A DNA stretch of 64,000 nucleotides from positions 53,992,439-54,056,438 of the forward strand of contig NC_092371.1 in the NCBI RefSeq assembly GCF_030028105.1, read 5' to 3'. The stretch comes from Mobula birostris. Lineage: Eukaryota. How positions within the stretch are numbered: the first letter of the stretch is position 1; every line of letters begins with the position of its first letter. Made by a program: the position numbers and the translations under genes. Positions 1-12,607 of the stretch are shown in pieces. A model generated the notes under the pieces. It saw nothing but the letters and a program-made list of their open reading frames with translations. It ran no database searches and was not told the DNA's origin.

Positions 1-546
1 CTCAATCTTCTGTCTTCCTGCTAAATTTTGCTTTGTTGTATGCCCTCTCTTTTGCCTTTACATTAGCTTTGACTTCACTTGTCAGACATGTTTGTACTAT
101 TTTGCCATTTAAGTATTTCTTCGTTTCTAGACTACATCTATCCTGCACCTTCCTCATTTTCCCCAGAAACTCAAGCCATTGCTGCTCTGCTGCCATCCCT
201 GCCAGTATCTCCTTCCAATTTACTTTGGCCAGCCCCTCTCTCAATACCACTGTAATTTCCTTATCTCCACTGAATACTGCTATGTCACTTTCTCCCTATC
301 AAATTTCAAGTTGAGCTCAATTATATTGCATTCACTGTCTCCTAAGTGTTCTTTTACCTTAAGATCCCTAAACATCTCCAGTTCATTACATGACACCCAA
401 TCCAGTAAAGCTGATCCCCTAGTAGGCTGAACAACAAACTGCTCTAAAAACAATCTCATAGGTATTCAACAAACTCACTTTCTTGAGATCCATTTCCAAC
501 CTGATTATCCCAATCAACCTGCACGTTAAAATCTTCCATAACTATC
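1..546 (-). mobile_element. CR1 LINE ORF2 fragment (end of APE endonuclease and linker)
   Basis: ORF 2..250(-) 'LAKVNWKEILAGMAAEQQWLEF' is homologous to ORF 63740..63970(+); the reverse complement contains a degenerate GDFN motif. Confidence 0.9.
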
Positions 547-1015
547 AATTCCTTGGTTTTACTGATGTTGAGTGAAAAGTTTTTGCTGTAACACCACTCA
601 ATCAGCTAATCTATCTCACTTCTGTATGCCTCCTTGTCACCATCTAAAATTCTACCAACAATAGTTGTGTCATCTGCAAATTTATAGATGGTGTTTGTGC
701 CATGTCTAGCTACACAATCCTTGGTGTAGAAAGAATAGAACAGTGGGCTAAGCACACATCCATGAGATGCGCCAGTGTTGATTGTCAGTGAGGAGGAGAT
801 GTTATTTTTGATTCAAACAGACTGGTCCCCCATGAGGAAGTCAAAGAACCAGTTGCAGAGGAAGGTACAGAGGCCCAGGGTTTGGGGCTTGTTGATTAAA
901 ACTGAGAGTACGATTATGTTGAACGCTGAGCTGTAATCAATAAACATCAGCCTAATGTAGGTATTACTATTGTCTGGATGATACAAAGCCAAGTTGAGAG
1001 TCAGTGAGATTGATC
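547..1015 (-). mobile_element. Rex1/Babar LINE reverse transcriptase fragment
   Basis: The reverse complement encodes FIDYSSAFN and GASHGCVLSPLFYS; it is homologous to 59750-60010. Confidence 0.85.
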
Positions 1016-1425
1016 CACAGATAATGTTCAGCCTTTAAACAGTGTTTTCAAAAAATGCATTTTCAAATCTTCATTTTAATTGTAACCTTCAAAATGATTG
1101 TCGATACCTTCAATTTCATCATAGTCCTAACTTGTTAAAGTAGTGAAATTGTTTCATATACTCTCCTATCTGTTTCAGGCATTTCTAAGCCTGAACACCT
1201 GAAGCCGCAGTGAGTAATGCAGTTCTGAATTGCCTTACTGCTTATTTTCGCCAACTATCAGTGGGAAAAAAAATCACAGCTTTTGAACACAAACACACAC
1301 AACTGACGCTATTTTAAAACTGTTCCCTCTAAGCACAGTGTAGTGTCTAACGCCCATGTGATGTGAACACAACCCACGGTAGTTACAAAATGTTCGGCAC
1401 AGTCTTCTGCCCCAATTAGGTGGCA
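1016..1425. mobile_element. Tigger/pogo-like DNA transposon relic (internal and distal part)
   Basis: Shares 'cctaacttgtt(a/g)aagt.gtgaaat' and 'ttctgaattg..ttactgcttattt' with 48137-48514; the family call is from recall. Confidence 0.6.
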
Positions 1426-1462
1426 TATACACTTATACACAGTGGCTTCCAGTTCATTGTAT

Positions 1463-1515
1463 TTTATATATATATCGATAGATAGATATAGATATATAGA
1501 CATTAGATATATATG
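1463..1515. repeat. (TA)n/(GATA)n microsatellite
   Basis: Directly visible in the sequence. Confidence 0.9.
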
Positions 1516-3255
1516 CATTACTTAAATGCTTGTTTGCTATTAAATATTATATTTTTTTATTTTATTCATGACACTACCTGTCTAATAGTGCATGAACTCC
1601 TTTCTAAACTTGGAGACAAAATGAAGTTTTCAGTATCAGTACATTTCTAATGGAATGTGGAATTGATTCAGGAGATCCTTACCGCGACTTTTGGGATGAA
1701 GTTCATAATCCTTGCATGTAAAATTTTAAAAAAAGCCACTCTCTGTCTTGCATGGGAAAATAAATACAATACAAAATATATAAGCATATAGATGACAATT
1801 GAAAGGGAATCATGTCAAATATGAGTATGATGGATCTTGTTTCAAATAGACATAACATATGGCTTTGTGCAATACATCTTCTCCTTGTCTATCAAGTAGT
1901 TTTTCAGCATGCTGGCTGAAGCTGTGCTGCTATTTATTTTTCAGAGTTATTGGTGACGGTATTTCACAGCTGCTGTATTTTAGCGACCATTCTGTCGCAA
2001 GCCCTCTTCATCCAGACTCATACACTTTCTAATCAGTTTACTAGGAATATAATGTATTTGAAAATAAAGGAAGAAATTGTAACCAGATATTCATGTTGTA
2101 CATTTCAGAAAATATTGAAGTAAATGAGCTGGTTGCCACCGATTACACCACACTGAATCATCAATAAAACACATCACAGAAAGCTGTGTTTCTATTTTTG
2201 TCATTTTTTAAATTCCCAGATCATCAGTCCATGCAAGCTTTCATCTGTGGGAAAGAATCTGGTGAGAATCCTGCAACGCCAGTACATCTTCAACTATTAT
2301 GTTTAATCAGGTTGACCCAATGTGAATCTCTAGAAGGCAAGGTTGCGAATTTATGTGATCCCCGAATGTCTATGTAGCAGTGATTCAATGCTCAATGGGC
2401 ATGGAGGGTTCTGTTTAGTCTTGCCTACAATTAATGAACTATAGTTTCCAATTAAAATCGTTTTTTGCCGTTTTACAACTTATGTGTGAATATTCACAAA
2501 GAATAATCTGGATGGTGTCCATATTTCCTTCTTTCACTAATAATTAATGGTCGGTTTACTGAATCTGGGTTCCTAGCCGGGAGCCAATGACAGTGTCTTC
2601 CAAGAATCTGCACGTATTCTGCCTGTAGTTTTCTGATCTTCATTGCTGGTGGTGAAGTGCTGTTTCAGGAGCCTATATTGATAAAATCATTTCTTAGGTG
2701 TAAAGATTATTCATACCTTTGCCTTTTTAGTTCTGCACTGTGGAATAGAAACTAAAGTTACAAGAAACTCCATTGTTTGTATCATCAGTGGCAGTACTAT
2801 TCATACTGCGATACCTCAGCTACTCCATAAAAAGGTTAACTTTGCACATCTGTATTCCCAGCATGAAGTTCCACTTGACCTAATGAAATAGCATTACCTT
2901 TTCTCTTAACCATAATCACAGCTAGGTAGTTTCAATACTAAGGAAAAAAATTCACATAACTTGCTTGTGCTTTCTCTGATCCCTGAGTAGTATAATTAAA
3001 ACTTACTGTATTTAAAATGAGAGATTAAATAATAGTAGATAAATATAAGTTATAAAAATTGTTTAATACCAAAATTCAGAGATTCATAAGTAGCAAAGCA
3101 TTGGTTTTGTGATCCTGGACATAGTCAAAGAGATTTATTTGAATTTATGCTGTGCAATTCGCAAAAAAAATACCATCAATGTTATATGCAGCACCAATAG
3201 TTAAAAGGAAATTGCCTTATAAACTCACGAGAGAGCATAGGTCATCAACCTTTTA

Positions 3256-3412
3256 CTGTTGATGTTTCTGTAGCAGGTAATACGAGGTCGAGTTGCTAAC
3301 TCGACGCTCAACCCAGCACGGATGGAAAGCGTGCCTGGGGAGCCGGCTGGGTTCGAACTCTGGAGCCTTCGCTCCAAAGTCTGGCGCTGATGCCACTACG
3401 CCACCAGCCGGC
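3256..3412 (-). mobile_element. tRNA-derived SINE
   Basis: The reverse complement has A box TGGCGTAGTGG and B box GAGTTCGAACC; the core 'acccagcacggatggaaagcgtgc' is shared with 50821-50844. Confidence 0.85.
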
Positions 3413-3489
3413 TAACCAATGGTTATATTAGTGCTAATTTTTGGAAGGTAAAATGTCACTAACACCAATGTTTCAATGTTGACTTCCTC

Positions 3490-4436
3490 AAAGGCATAGA
3501 GTCAGTGTGGATCAATGGTAATATCTCCTCCTCACTGGCAATCGACACAGGTGCACCTCAGAGATGCGTGCTTATCCACTGTTCTCCTCTATCAACTCTC
3601 ATGACTGTGTATCTATGCAAACACCATTTATAAATTCAGAGATGCCACCATTATTGTTGCTAAAATCTCTGATGGCAATGAGGAAGTGTATAGGAATGAG
3701 ACAGATCAGCTGGTTGAGTGGTGTCACAAAAGCAAGTTGCACACAACACCAGCAAGACCGAGGAATTGATTGTGGACTTCAGAAAGGGGGAGTCAGGAGA
3801 ACATGCACCAATCCTCTTTGAGGTGTCAGCAGTGGAAAGGGTGAGCAGCTTCATGTTCCTGGATACCAACATCTCAGGAGATCTGTCCTAGGCCTAACAC
3901 ATTGATACAGTCATGAAGAAGGTTCACCAGTGACCTTATCTCCATTGGAGTTTGAGGAAATTTGGTATGTCACCAAACACTCCTGCAAATTTCTATAGAT
4001 GCATGGTGAAAAACATTCTGACTCTTTGCGCAGGATTGCAAGAGGCTGCAGAAGGTTGTGGAATCAGCCAGCTCCAACATGGGCATAACCCTTTCCACCA
4101 TTGAGAACATCTTCAAGAGCAGGTGCCTCAGGAATATGGCATCCATCATTAATGATGTTCACTGCCCAGGAGATGGCATCTTCTCATTATTTCCATCCGA
4201 GGAGTTATAGGAGCTGGAAGACCCACACTCACTGATTCAGGAACAACTTCTTACCCTCCACAATCAGATTTCTGTACAGTCCATGAACTCATGAACACGA
4301 CATCATTATTCCTTTTTTTGTGCACTATTTATTTATTTTGTAGCTTACAGTAATTTTATGTCTTTGCATTACACTGCTGCTGCAGAATACACTTCATGTT
4401 ATATAGGATGCCAATAATAAACTTAATTCTGATTCA
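3490..4436 (+). mobile_element. Rex1/Babar LINE 3' portion, degraded
   Basis: Contains a TGAPQ motif, KTEELIVDFRK and FMFLDTNIS, and ends in aataaacttaattctgattc. Confidence 0.85.
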
Positions 4437-5188
4437 TATTCAGATCAATTCAAGATTACACCACTGTAGGCACTTGTGCTCTGCAGCATACTGAGTGATT
4501 AGGCATGGAAAGTTTTAAATGACCCTAAGCAAGTCCTTAACCCTGCTGTTCAGAAAAAAAAAAGTGTTTTTGCTCTGTACTAACTTTGGTAAGTACAACA
4601 TCACAAATGACCTTACTGCTACTGAGAGCGAAGAGAAAAGGACAGAGGAAAGCTTAGAAATACCTGTAGCTTTAACTTTAATCTCTTGTAGCGTCTGTAG
4701 AAATAATTAACCTTGCAAGAAGTTAAATCAGAATGATATATAATTATTTCACAGCATCTTGGATAGATTGGAATTTAATATCAGTGGCATAGGTTTGTTA
4801 ATGTGGCTTATAAATTTATTTTATTTCTTCTCAACTGTTGGAATTAAGGAAAAGTATACTTAAATATCTGATTTAGAACTCTTGATTGTCATAATGTCCT
4901 GGATTGTGTCACTAACATAAAAAGAAAACAAAAATACACCGGAGTTGCTAGAACCAAGACTTAAATATAGACAAGAGCTCTGCTAACCATAGGACATGTT
5001 ACATGATGACCATAGGACATGATGAACATCTTATCTGTTCTAAGTTATGTGTATAATTTGGGTTCTCCCTGCATATTCTGAAATGTCAGCAGCCAAAAGG
5101 ATCACCAAATAAATGTGAACTTATAAGGGAAGAGAAGATGAAAGATAAAGCTAATACCTTCTTCTCAAGGAATAGTAACATATAATAT

Positions 5189-5526
5189 GGTGATATGCTA
5201 TCGTAGCGGTTAGTGTAATGTTATTACAGCACCATTGACATGGGTTGAATTCCACTACTGTCTGTAAGAAGTTTGTACGTTCTCCCTCCCCATAACCACA
5301 TGGGTTTCCTTCGGGTGCCACGGTTTCCACCCACATTCCAAAGGCAAACAGATTAGCAAGAGTTAGTAAGTTATGGGCATGCTATGTTGGTGCCAGAATC
5401 ATGGTGATGCATGGGGGTTGTCTCCAGCAGATTGTCAGACTGTGTTGGTCGTCGACGTAAACAAGACATGTCTGTATGTTTCGATGTAGATGTAGATGTG
5501 ACAAACACACCTAATCTTTATCTTTG
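5189..5526 (+). mobile_element. V-SINE (HE1/HER1-like tRNA SINE)
   Basis: Degenerate tRNA head, V-domain 'gggtttccttcgggtgccacggtttccacccacattccaaag' and an (ATCTTT)n tail. Confidence 0.85.
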
Positions 5527-5919
5527 TACTTATAAACCCATGAATACTGTCCATTTGGAGATAGCTGGGAACTGTGGAGGAGTGTTAAAAGATTACAGTT
5601 TTTATTGTTTTATTTACTCATGGCGTGTAGACGTCTCACTCAATCTCAGCAATTATTGTCTGTCTCTAATTGTCCATGAATAGGTCTGAGCTTACATAAT
5701 AGAGTGCAGAGTGTGGCGTGCTCAGAGTTGGAAAAAATCAGTAGTGAAGCAGATGGGTTTTTTGATGATCTGACAGTCCATGGTTACTGTTAATGTGATT
5801 TATTTTTTATTTAATTATGTGAATTTAATTTTCCCAACTGCTACACTGGCTTCAAACGGATGCCCCTGCATTATGGTCCAGACCTACAGCTGCTAGTCCA
5901 GTAAGTTACCTACTACAGT

Positions 5920-6565
5920 TAGACACACAAAATGCTGGAGTAAATCAGCAGGTCAGGCAGCATCCATAGAAGTGACTAAACAGTCGATGTTTTGGGCCGA
6001 AACCCTTCTTCAAGACTGAAATGGAAGGGCGAAGATGCCAGAATGAAAAGGTGGAGGGAGAGGAATGATGCTAGCTAGAAGGTGATAGGTGAAGCCAAGT
6101 CAGTGGGAACTATAAAAGGCTGGGAAGAAGGAATCTGATAAGAGAGGAGCGGACCATAGGAGAAAGGGAAGGAGGAGGGGAGCCAGGTGGGATGTGATAG
6201 GCAGGTGAGGAGAGGTAAAAGGTCAGAGTGAGCAGGAGAAGAAGAAGAGGGGAGGAGGAAGGGAAGGTTTTTCTGCTGGAAGGCGAAATCAAGGGTGGCC
6301 TCGATCTTGGCACAAGAGAAGGGCATGGACCAACATGCTGGAATGGGAATGGGAGTGATTGACTACTGGGAGGTTCCACTTTTAGCGGATGGAGTGAAGG
6401 TGCTCAGCAAAGCGGTCCCCCAAATTATGACGCCTCTCAGCAATGTAGAGGAGGCCGCATCAGGAGCATCGGACACAGCAGAATTGGGGGTGAAGTGTTG
6501 CTTCACCTGGAAGGACTGATTGGGGCCCTGAAAGTGAGTGAGGGAGGAGGCGGCCCAACATTGCC
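5920..6565 (-). mobile_element. Penelope-like element 3' fragment (GIY-YIG remnant plus hammerhead tail)
   Basis: QGPNQSFQVKQHFT in ORF 6363..6599; homologous to 13340-14089; degenerate hammerhead at 5981-6018. Confidence 0.85.
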
Positions 6566-6619
6566 ACCTATGTACTTGTGCATATAACAATAAACTCAAC
6601 TTTGACTTTGTAGTTCACA

Positions 6620-7810
6620 AACTGCAACGGCTTTGTCACTTGCAAATTTAAAAATTGTGACTCGCACCTCCGAATCTAGGTCACTAATACAGATGTAAAA
6701 AGGCACAGGCTCAGCAACTAATTTCTGTTCTCTTTAGAAATCTGAAAAAAAAACTATTCAACAATTATTCTCTGCTGTCTTTTACTTATCCAATTTCATG
6801 GGCATTTTATCAGCCTCCTTTTTATGATGTGTGCTTCACCTTTGCTGATAAGTGAGTTATGTTGCAACTTATTAAATACCTAATTGAATGCTATGCACAC
6901 CATATCAACTGCATTACTCTCATTAGCACTATCTCTCATCCAAAAATTCTGTCAGTTTGATTAAATATAATTTTCCCTTAACGAAAGCATGCTTTAATTA
7001 ACCCTATCCAGATCAATGATTCAAAAAGTTTTCCTACTATCCAGCTAAACGGAACTGGCCTGTAGTCACTATGCTTATCTTTACTGCCTTTTCTGAACAT
7101 TTGTATTCTTCAGTCCTCTGACACTACACCCATATACAAAGAGCATTGGACGATTAGACACTACCCTGAAAATCTTAGGATGTGTCTTGCCTTATCTCCA
7201 TTGATCTCCTGATTTTCATATTATTTTTTAACATGTGTGATGTATTACTCTACACCTTAGACTCTAACTCTTTGCAGTATATAGCATCCACATATACGTG
7301 AAGGCAGTTCATCTGCACTGTTGCAAGGATGACCAGAAATCAGAATTATAAAATGGTTTTGTCATTGATGCCCACATCATGCAAGTGAATAAATATAAAG
7401 TCTCTCATATATTAAGTACAATCCCTTAAATCTAAAATCATTGGTGAGTATTCTGTAAGCTAACTTTAGTTCTGGAATGTCCTTTTACATCGGACATTCC
7501 AGAATTGAATACAACACCTAAAACTGTGATCTAACCATTGCTTTGCTTTAGTATATTACCATCTCATTAAATATTTGTTCACTTGCCCTTTTTCTAAAGC
7601 CCAGGATCCCATTAGCCATTGTAATATGTGTATTTACTTGCAATTGCCTGCCTAGAGACACTTCAGACCCACTGTTCATTGAAGTCCTTTCAGTGTTCTT
7701 CCATTAAATGGATGCTCCCATCTTTTGCCTTTTCTTCAAAACATATCAAATCACACTTGCCTATGTTAAATTTCATCTGCCACCTGTCTGTCAAGTCCAC
7801 TAACACATCA
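6620..7810 (-). mobile_element. Heavily degraded CR1 RT fragments
   Basis: Residual CR1-like antisense phrases such as 'gtcacttgcaaatttaaaaatt' and 'ttaaatttcatctgccacctgtctg'. Confidence 0.5.
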
Positions 7811-8417
7811 ATGTTAATAACAGAAAAGCTGAGATTGAAATCTTCTTGAATTAGCAGTGCATGACAGATAAAGAATATTTTAGGCTGATATTGTGGAAGT
7901 GATGTGCGGCTTGTATTTAACTGTCAGCAAAATTCGGGTATATCATAGTCAAAAACTATTTCTCTGTGTAATAATGGTTTGTTCCACTTGCAGTGATATA
8001 ATAATATTCAAAGAGATCTCTCGATTTTTGATCTAACCTGTGGTTTGGAAATCAGTCTTCTTTACCTTCTAGTTTGTAGATGCAAATGAAATAAAGAGGC
8101 AACATTTCCCATTGGACAAAGGGACCTTATGTCAAAATTTAGGAGACAACCTCTTCAAATTAAAGTCCAAATTTTGATTGTGCTTTCCTCTCTGATTTTG
8201 TTGAATGGTTCTCTGTTGTAAATTCTGCCTTCCCCTCCATATAGGAGCCAGTCAGTTCTAGAGTAACCCACAAATATCTCTAGAATTGAAGTCAAAGCAT
8301 TTAGCAGAATGAGATATTTTAATGATGCATTTAACATTGGTATCTCTTATAGTCTTTCTGTTGTTTTGTAGATGCATGCAGCTGCTCATTGAGAACAGCA
8401 AACTGACCTCTTCTTCA

Positions 8418-8550
8418 CAAACAAGAGAAAATCTACAGATTCTGGAAATCCAAGCAATGCACAAAAAATGCTGAAGAAACTCAGGAGGCCACGAAGCATT
8501 TCTGAAAAAGAGCAGTGGAGATTTCAGGCTGACACCCTTCATCAGGACTC
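8418..8550 (-). mobile_element. Penelope terminal repeat (hammerhead tail only)
   Basis: Homologous to 11080-11216. Confidence 0.8.
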
Positions 8551-9584
8551 CTATACCAAGTAGTTTTCAGTAATGTGGGGCCATAAATTTCATGCTCCTG
8601 ATCATTTAGTTCATAAGTGAAGTTTCAGCTAACTGCTAACATTTGCCTACCTCAGGTGACTTCACAACACCGAACAACTATTGCAAGTATGTTCTGAAGC
8701 AGATTAAGGAGAATATTGCACTGAAAACAATATGCCAATGAGGTGTGTGTACTTCGGAGCAGGAAATAACAAGAAGGCAAGAAGACTGTCATTTGGAAGG
8801 AGATGGAAGTACACGATATTTCAAAGAGTTTGCAACAACATGAATTAGCCCAGGCAAGGTTGTAAATATTCTATAATTGATTAACCATATTTGGAAAAGA
8901 AGTAAGTACTTTTATTTATGTGAAGCAACAAGTTAGTTCATTGTTTGAATTAACTACACACATAATATAAAAATTATACTGAAGAGATTGGCAAAGGTAT
9001 AAGTAATAATGAAATGGATATAATGAACACATTCATTAAGTCGAGAACAATGACTGCATTTTCAGGTATTGCTCCTCTCTCTTCAACCTTGTTATTTATT
9101 TGTATTTTATTTTTCCCATGACAGATTTCACTTTATTAAGCAGGTTCCAAATCATAGAGGAATGGACATTTCAGGCGGCCTGTGTTTGGTCTCCTCACAA
9201 TTAATTATAAATATCAACTATTTTTAATATAAAATGTTGGCTGTCAAACATGGAAAATTGATGGAATATTGCATCAAGGAATGTCTTTTTGAAATAAAAA
9301 AAATAAGGTGACAGACACCTATTAATTAAATGTTCTCTGTTTAAAATTAGTAGCCAAAATGACTATTTTATGGTCTTCTTAACTTAGAGTTTTGTTTTGA
9401 GCTTTCATGTGTTTTATTCAACTTTTCCAGATGATGGGCATTCAAAAGTTTGCAAGTTTTAACAATATTTTCCAAAGGCATTCCTTGAAGCTATTGCTTA
9501 AGATGTGGGGCTGATATGACATAATTACTTTTTTTTCCAGAGGCCTGGCGGAAATTCTTCCCTCAACAAAGACACATCATGTAG

Positions 9585-9745
9585 TCATTGATCATATTTG
9601 TTCTTTGTGGAGCATTATTGTGGCCAGTTGTTTGTTTGTTTGTCTGTATAACAACAGTGATGGTGCTGCAAGTTAATTGAGTGATTATGTAGCTTTCTGG
9701 AAAACTGCAGAAATGCAATCTGATGAAACATAAATCAATTTCTCC
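9585..9745 (+). mobile_element. Deu-domain SINE (SacSINE1-like) 3' part, degraded
   Basis: 'tttgtggagcattattgtggccagttg...ataacaacagtga' resembles 48623-48672 and the recalled consensus. Confidence 0.45.
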
Positions 9746-10185
9746 TTTCACACCCTGTAGTCCAGCGACCTGCTCTAGGTTTCAATGTGTTGCTCTTCAA
9801 ATGGCACTTCGTGTCTGAATGTGGTCAGGGAATTATTTTCCAATTTTCTTCACATAGTTCCACAGCAACATGGTTTTAAAGATGGGTTGCCTGTTGAGAG
9901 TAGAGTCAAGCTGGAAATGTGTAGTTTTGCAGAACAAAGCACTTGTCATAATAGTGCCAGATAAATAAAAATGTTCTGGGGCTCTAATAATAGCTTGGAC
10001 TCAAGCAGCATTCAAATTTAACACCAAAGTCATAGATTGGCAACATAAGCTCCACTCCTTGATGATAGGGATGCCTTCCAAACATCATTTTTTTAATGTT
10101 CTGATATCTTAGCTACTTAGCATAGATGATTATCATTCATTGGGGTAGATTTTCAGCTTGCCCCTGGGATATTGAAGATTGGTTG

Positions 10186-10199
10186 GTTGCTATGGAAAC
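10186..10199. promoter_or_regulatory. Candidate RFX X-box
   Basis: GTTGCTATGGAAAC is close to the palindromic consensus GTTGCCATGGCAAC; this is a motif match only. Confidence 0.35.
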
Positions 10200-11178
10200 C
10201 AAACAATCTTTGATGAAAAGCAGAAAGTTTCCTTTAATGGCTGAGCATAAAGGTTAGTTTTACATGCTGGGAAAAGATTTAACCTAGCATTATTTCCTTT
10301 GAAAACTTAACCCGATTTTAACCAAAAGTTAATTTTGAAGATTTGTGTAATATTGCGAAATAATATGATAATTTTAATAACCCAGATATAAAGAATATTT
10401 GAAATCCAATTGCTTGGTTATCATGATTCAGCTATTTAAATTCTCCGTGATAAATCTAATGACTTACTCACTTTATTTGGCTTAGCTTAAAGCTACAACA
10501 TCTAGGTGCCCAGAAAAATCTAAAGCCAGTGGAGCAGGAAGTCTGTGGTAGTCATCAACACATCATTTTACATGACAGAGTTAAGACTCTGAGCACTCAC
10601 GTGCGAAAGAATTTCAATTAGAGAAAGGCTGAAATATGTAAGTGGATATGTTATAATTGAAATATATTTTACACACAGTTGCACAAAGTTTAGATTTTGA
10701 CTTATGCAAGGGCAGCTGATGTTAATAACAGAGTCTTTTAACTCAGGCTTGAATAAGCAAAAAACCCTTCCTCAGTGCAAAGAGTATAATGGGCTAAAGG
10801 CTATTAGAAATAGGCAGAAGAAACATTTCATTCTTTGTAATAACCTAGTCATAATGAAAGATATATAACACTTACAATCAATCCTTTCCATGATGTCTAA
10901 TATACTGTATATCCAAAATTAATTAAAAGGCAAAAATCAAAAATGGAGATCAGAGGAAATCATAATTATTTACAAAGATAATTGATTGGTTTAGAATCAG
11001 CAACTGAAGCCTTAACTGGTATACCTTCCTGGAATTTCTCCCTGGGAATGATTTTAAGTCCAGCATGAAGCCAGTACATGCAAACGCGAGGAAATCTGCA
11101 GATGCTGGAATTTCAAGCAACACCCTTAGAAGTTGCTGGTGAATGCAGCAGGCCAAGCAGCATCTATAAGAAGAGGTA

Positions 11179-11216
11179 CAGTTGACATTTCGGGCCGAGA
11201 CCCTTCGTCAGGACTA
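11179..11216 (-). ncRNA. Minimal type I hammerhead ribozyme (Penelope), slightly mutated
   Basis: Reverse complement reads TAGTC-CTGACGA-AGGGTCTCGGCCC-GAAA-TGTC-AACTG. Confidence 0.7.
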
Positions 11217-11452
11217 ACTGAAAGAAGAGATAGTAAGATTTGAAAGTGGGAGGGGGAGGGGGAGATCCAAAATGATAGGAGAAGACAGGAGGGGAGGGAT
11301 GAAGCCAAGAGCTGGAAAGTTGATTGGCAAAAGGGATATGAAAGGATCATGGGATGGGAGGTCTAGGGAGAAAGAAAAGGGGGAGGGGGGAAGCCCAGAG
11401 GATGGGCAAGGGGTATAGTGAGAGGGACAGAGGGAGAAAAAGAGAGAGAGAA

Positions 11453-11457
<5 letters not shown>

Positions 11458-11484
<27 letters not shown>
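11458..11484. repeat. (TA)n microsatellite within the Penelope left arm
   Basis: Directly visible; the right arm has no equivalent expansion. Confidence 0.9.
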
Positions 11485-11490
<6 letters not shown>

Positions 11491-12084
11491 ATAAATAAAT
11501 AGTGGATGGGGTATGAAGGGGAGGTGGGGCATTAACGGAAGTTAGAGAAGTCAATGTTCATGCCATCAAGTTGGAGGCTACCCAGACGGAATATAAGGTG
11601 TTGTTCCTCCAACCTGAGTGTGGCTTCATCTTGACAGTAGAGGAAGCCGTGGAAAGACATATCAGAATGAGAATGGGACGTGGAATTAAAATGTGTGGCC
11701 ACTGGGAGATCCTGCTTTCTCTGGCGGACAGAGCGTAGGTGTCCAACGAAACGGTCTCCCAGTCTGCCTCGGGTCTCGCCAATATATAGAGGGCCACATT
11801 GGGAGCACCAGGCGAGGTATATCACCCCAGCCGACTCACAGGTGAAGTGTCGCCTCACCTGGAAGGACTGTCTGGGGCCCTGAATGGTGGTAAGGGAGGA
11901 GGTGTACGGGTATGTGTAGCACTTGTTCTGCTAACAAGGATAAGTGCCAGGAGGGAGATCGGTGGGAAGGAATGGTGGGGACGAATGGACAAGGGAGTCA
12001 CGTAGGGAGCGATCCCTGTGGAAAGCAGAGAGGAGGGGAGGGAAAGATGTGCTTAGTGGTGGTATCCTGTTGGAGGTGGCGGAA

Positions 12085-12531
12085 TCAACAGAGTCAACAA
12101 ACTCATTCATAAGGCCAGTGATGTTGTGGGGATGGAACTGGACTCTCTGACGGTGGTGTCTGAAAAGAGGATGCTGTCCAAGTTGCATGCCATCTTGGAC
12201 AATGTCTCCCATCCACTACATAATGAACTGGTTGGGCACAGGAGTACATTCATTCAGAGACTCATTCCACCGAGATGCAACACTGAGCCTCATAGGAAGT
12301 CATTCCTGCCTGTGGCCATCAAACTTTACAACTCCTCCCTTGGAGGGTTAGACACCCTGAGCCAATAGGCTGGTCCTGGACTTATTTCCTGGCATAATTT
12401 ACATATTATTATTTAATTATTTATAGTTTTATTTTGCTATATTTATACTCTATTCTTGGTTGGTGCATCTGTAACGAATCCCAATTTCCCTCGGGATCAA
12501 TAAAGTACGACTAGACTATGACTATGACTAT
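12085..12531 (+). mobile_element. Rex1/Babar LINE 3' end inserted in the Penelope arm
   Basis: ORF 12126..12368 'ILDNVSHPLH...RCNTEPHRKSFLPVAIKLYN', AATAAA and a (GACTAT)n tail; Penelope sequence resumes collinearly at 12532. Confidence 0.9.
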
Positions 12532-12607
12532 AAGTTACGGAGAATTATATGCTGGACCCGAAGGCTGGTGGGGTGGTAGGTGAGGACAAGGGGAACCTTA
12601 TTCCTGT

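Noticed and set aside
3335-3412. tRNA gene
   Set aside because: It has A and B boxes but continues into a SINE body that is repeated elsewhere in the window.
4987-5023. Short direct repeat ACCATAGGACATG x2
   Set aside because: A local slippage duplication of only two units; not an array and not CRISPR-like.
8656-8686. 31-nt exon-like segment (CAG|...|GTATGT)
   Set aside because: It would shift the frame, the peptide is unrecognised, and no partner exons are evident.
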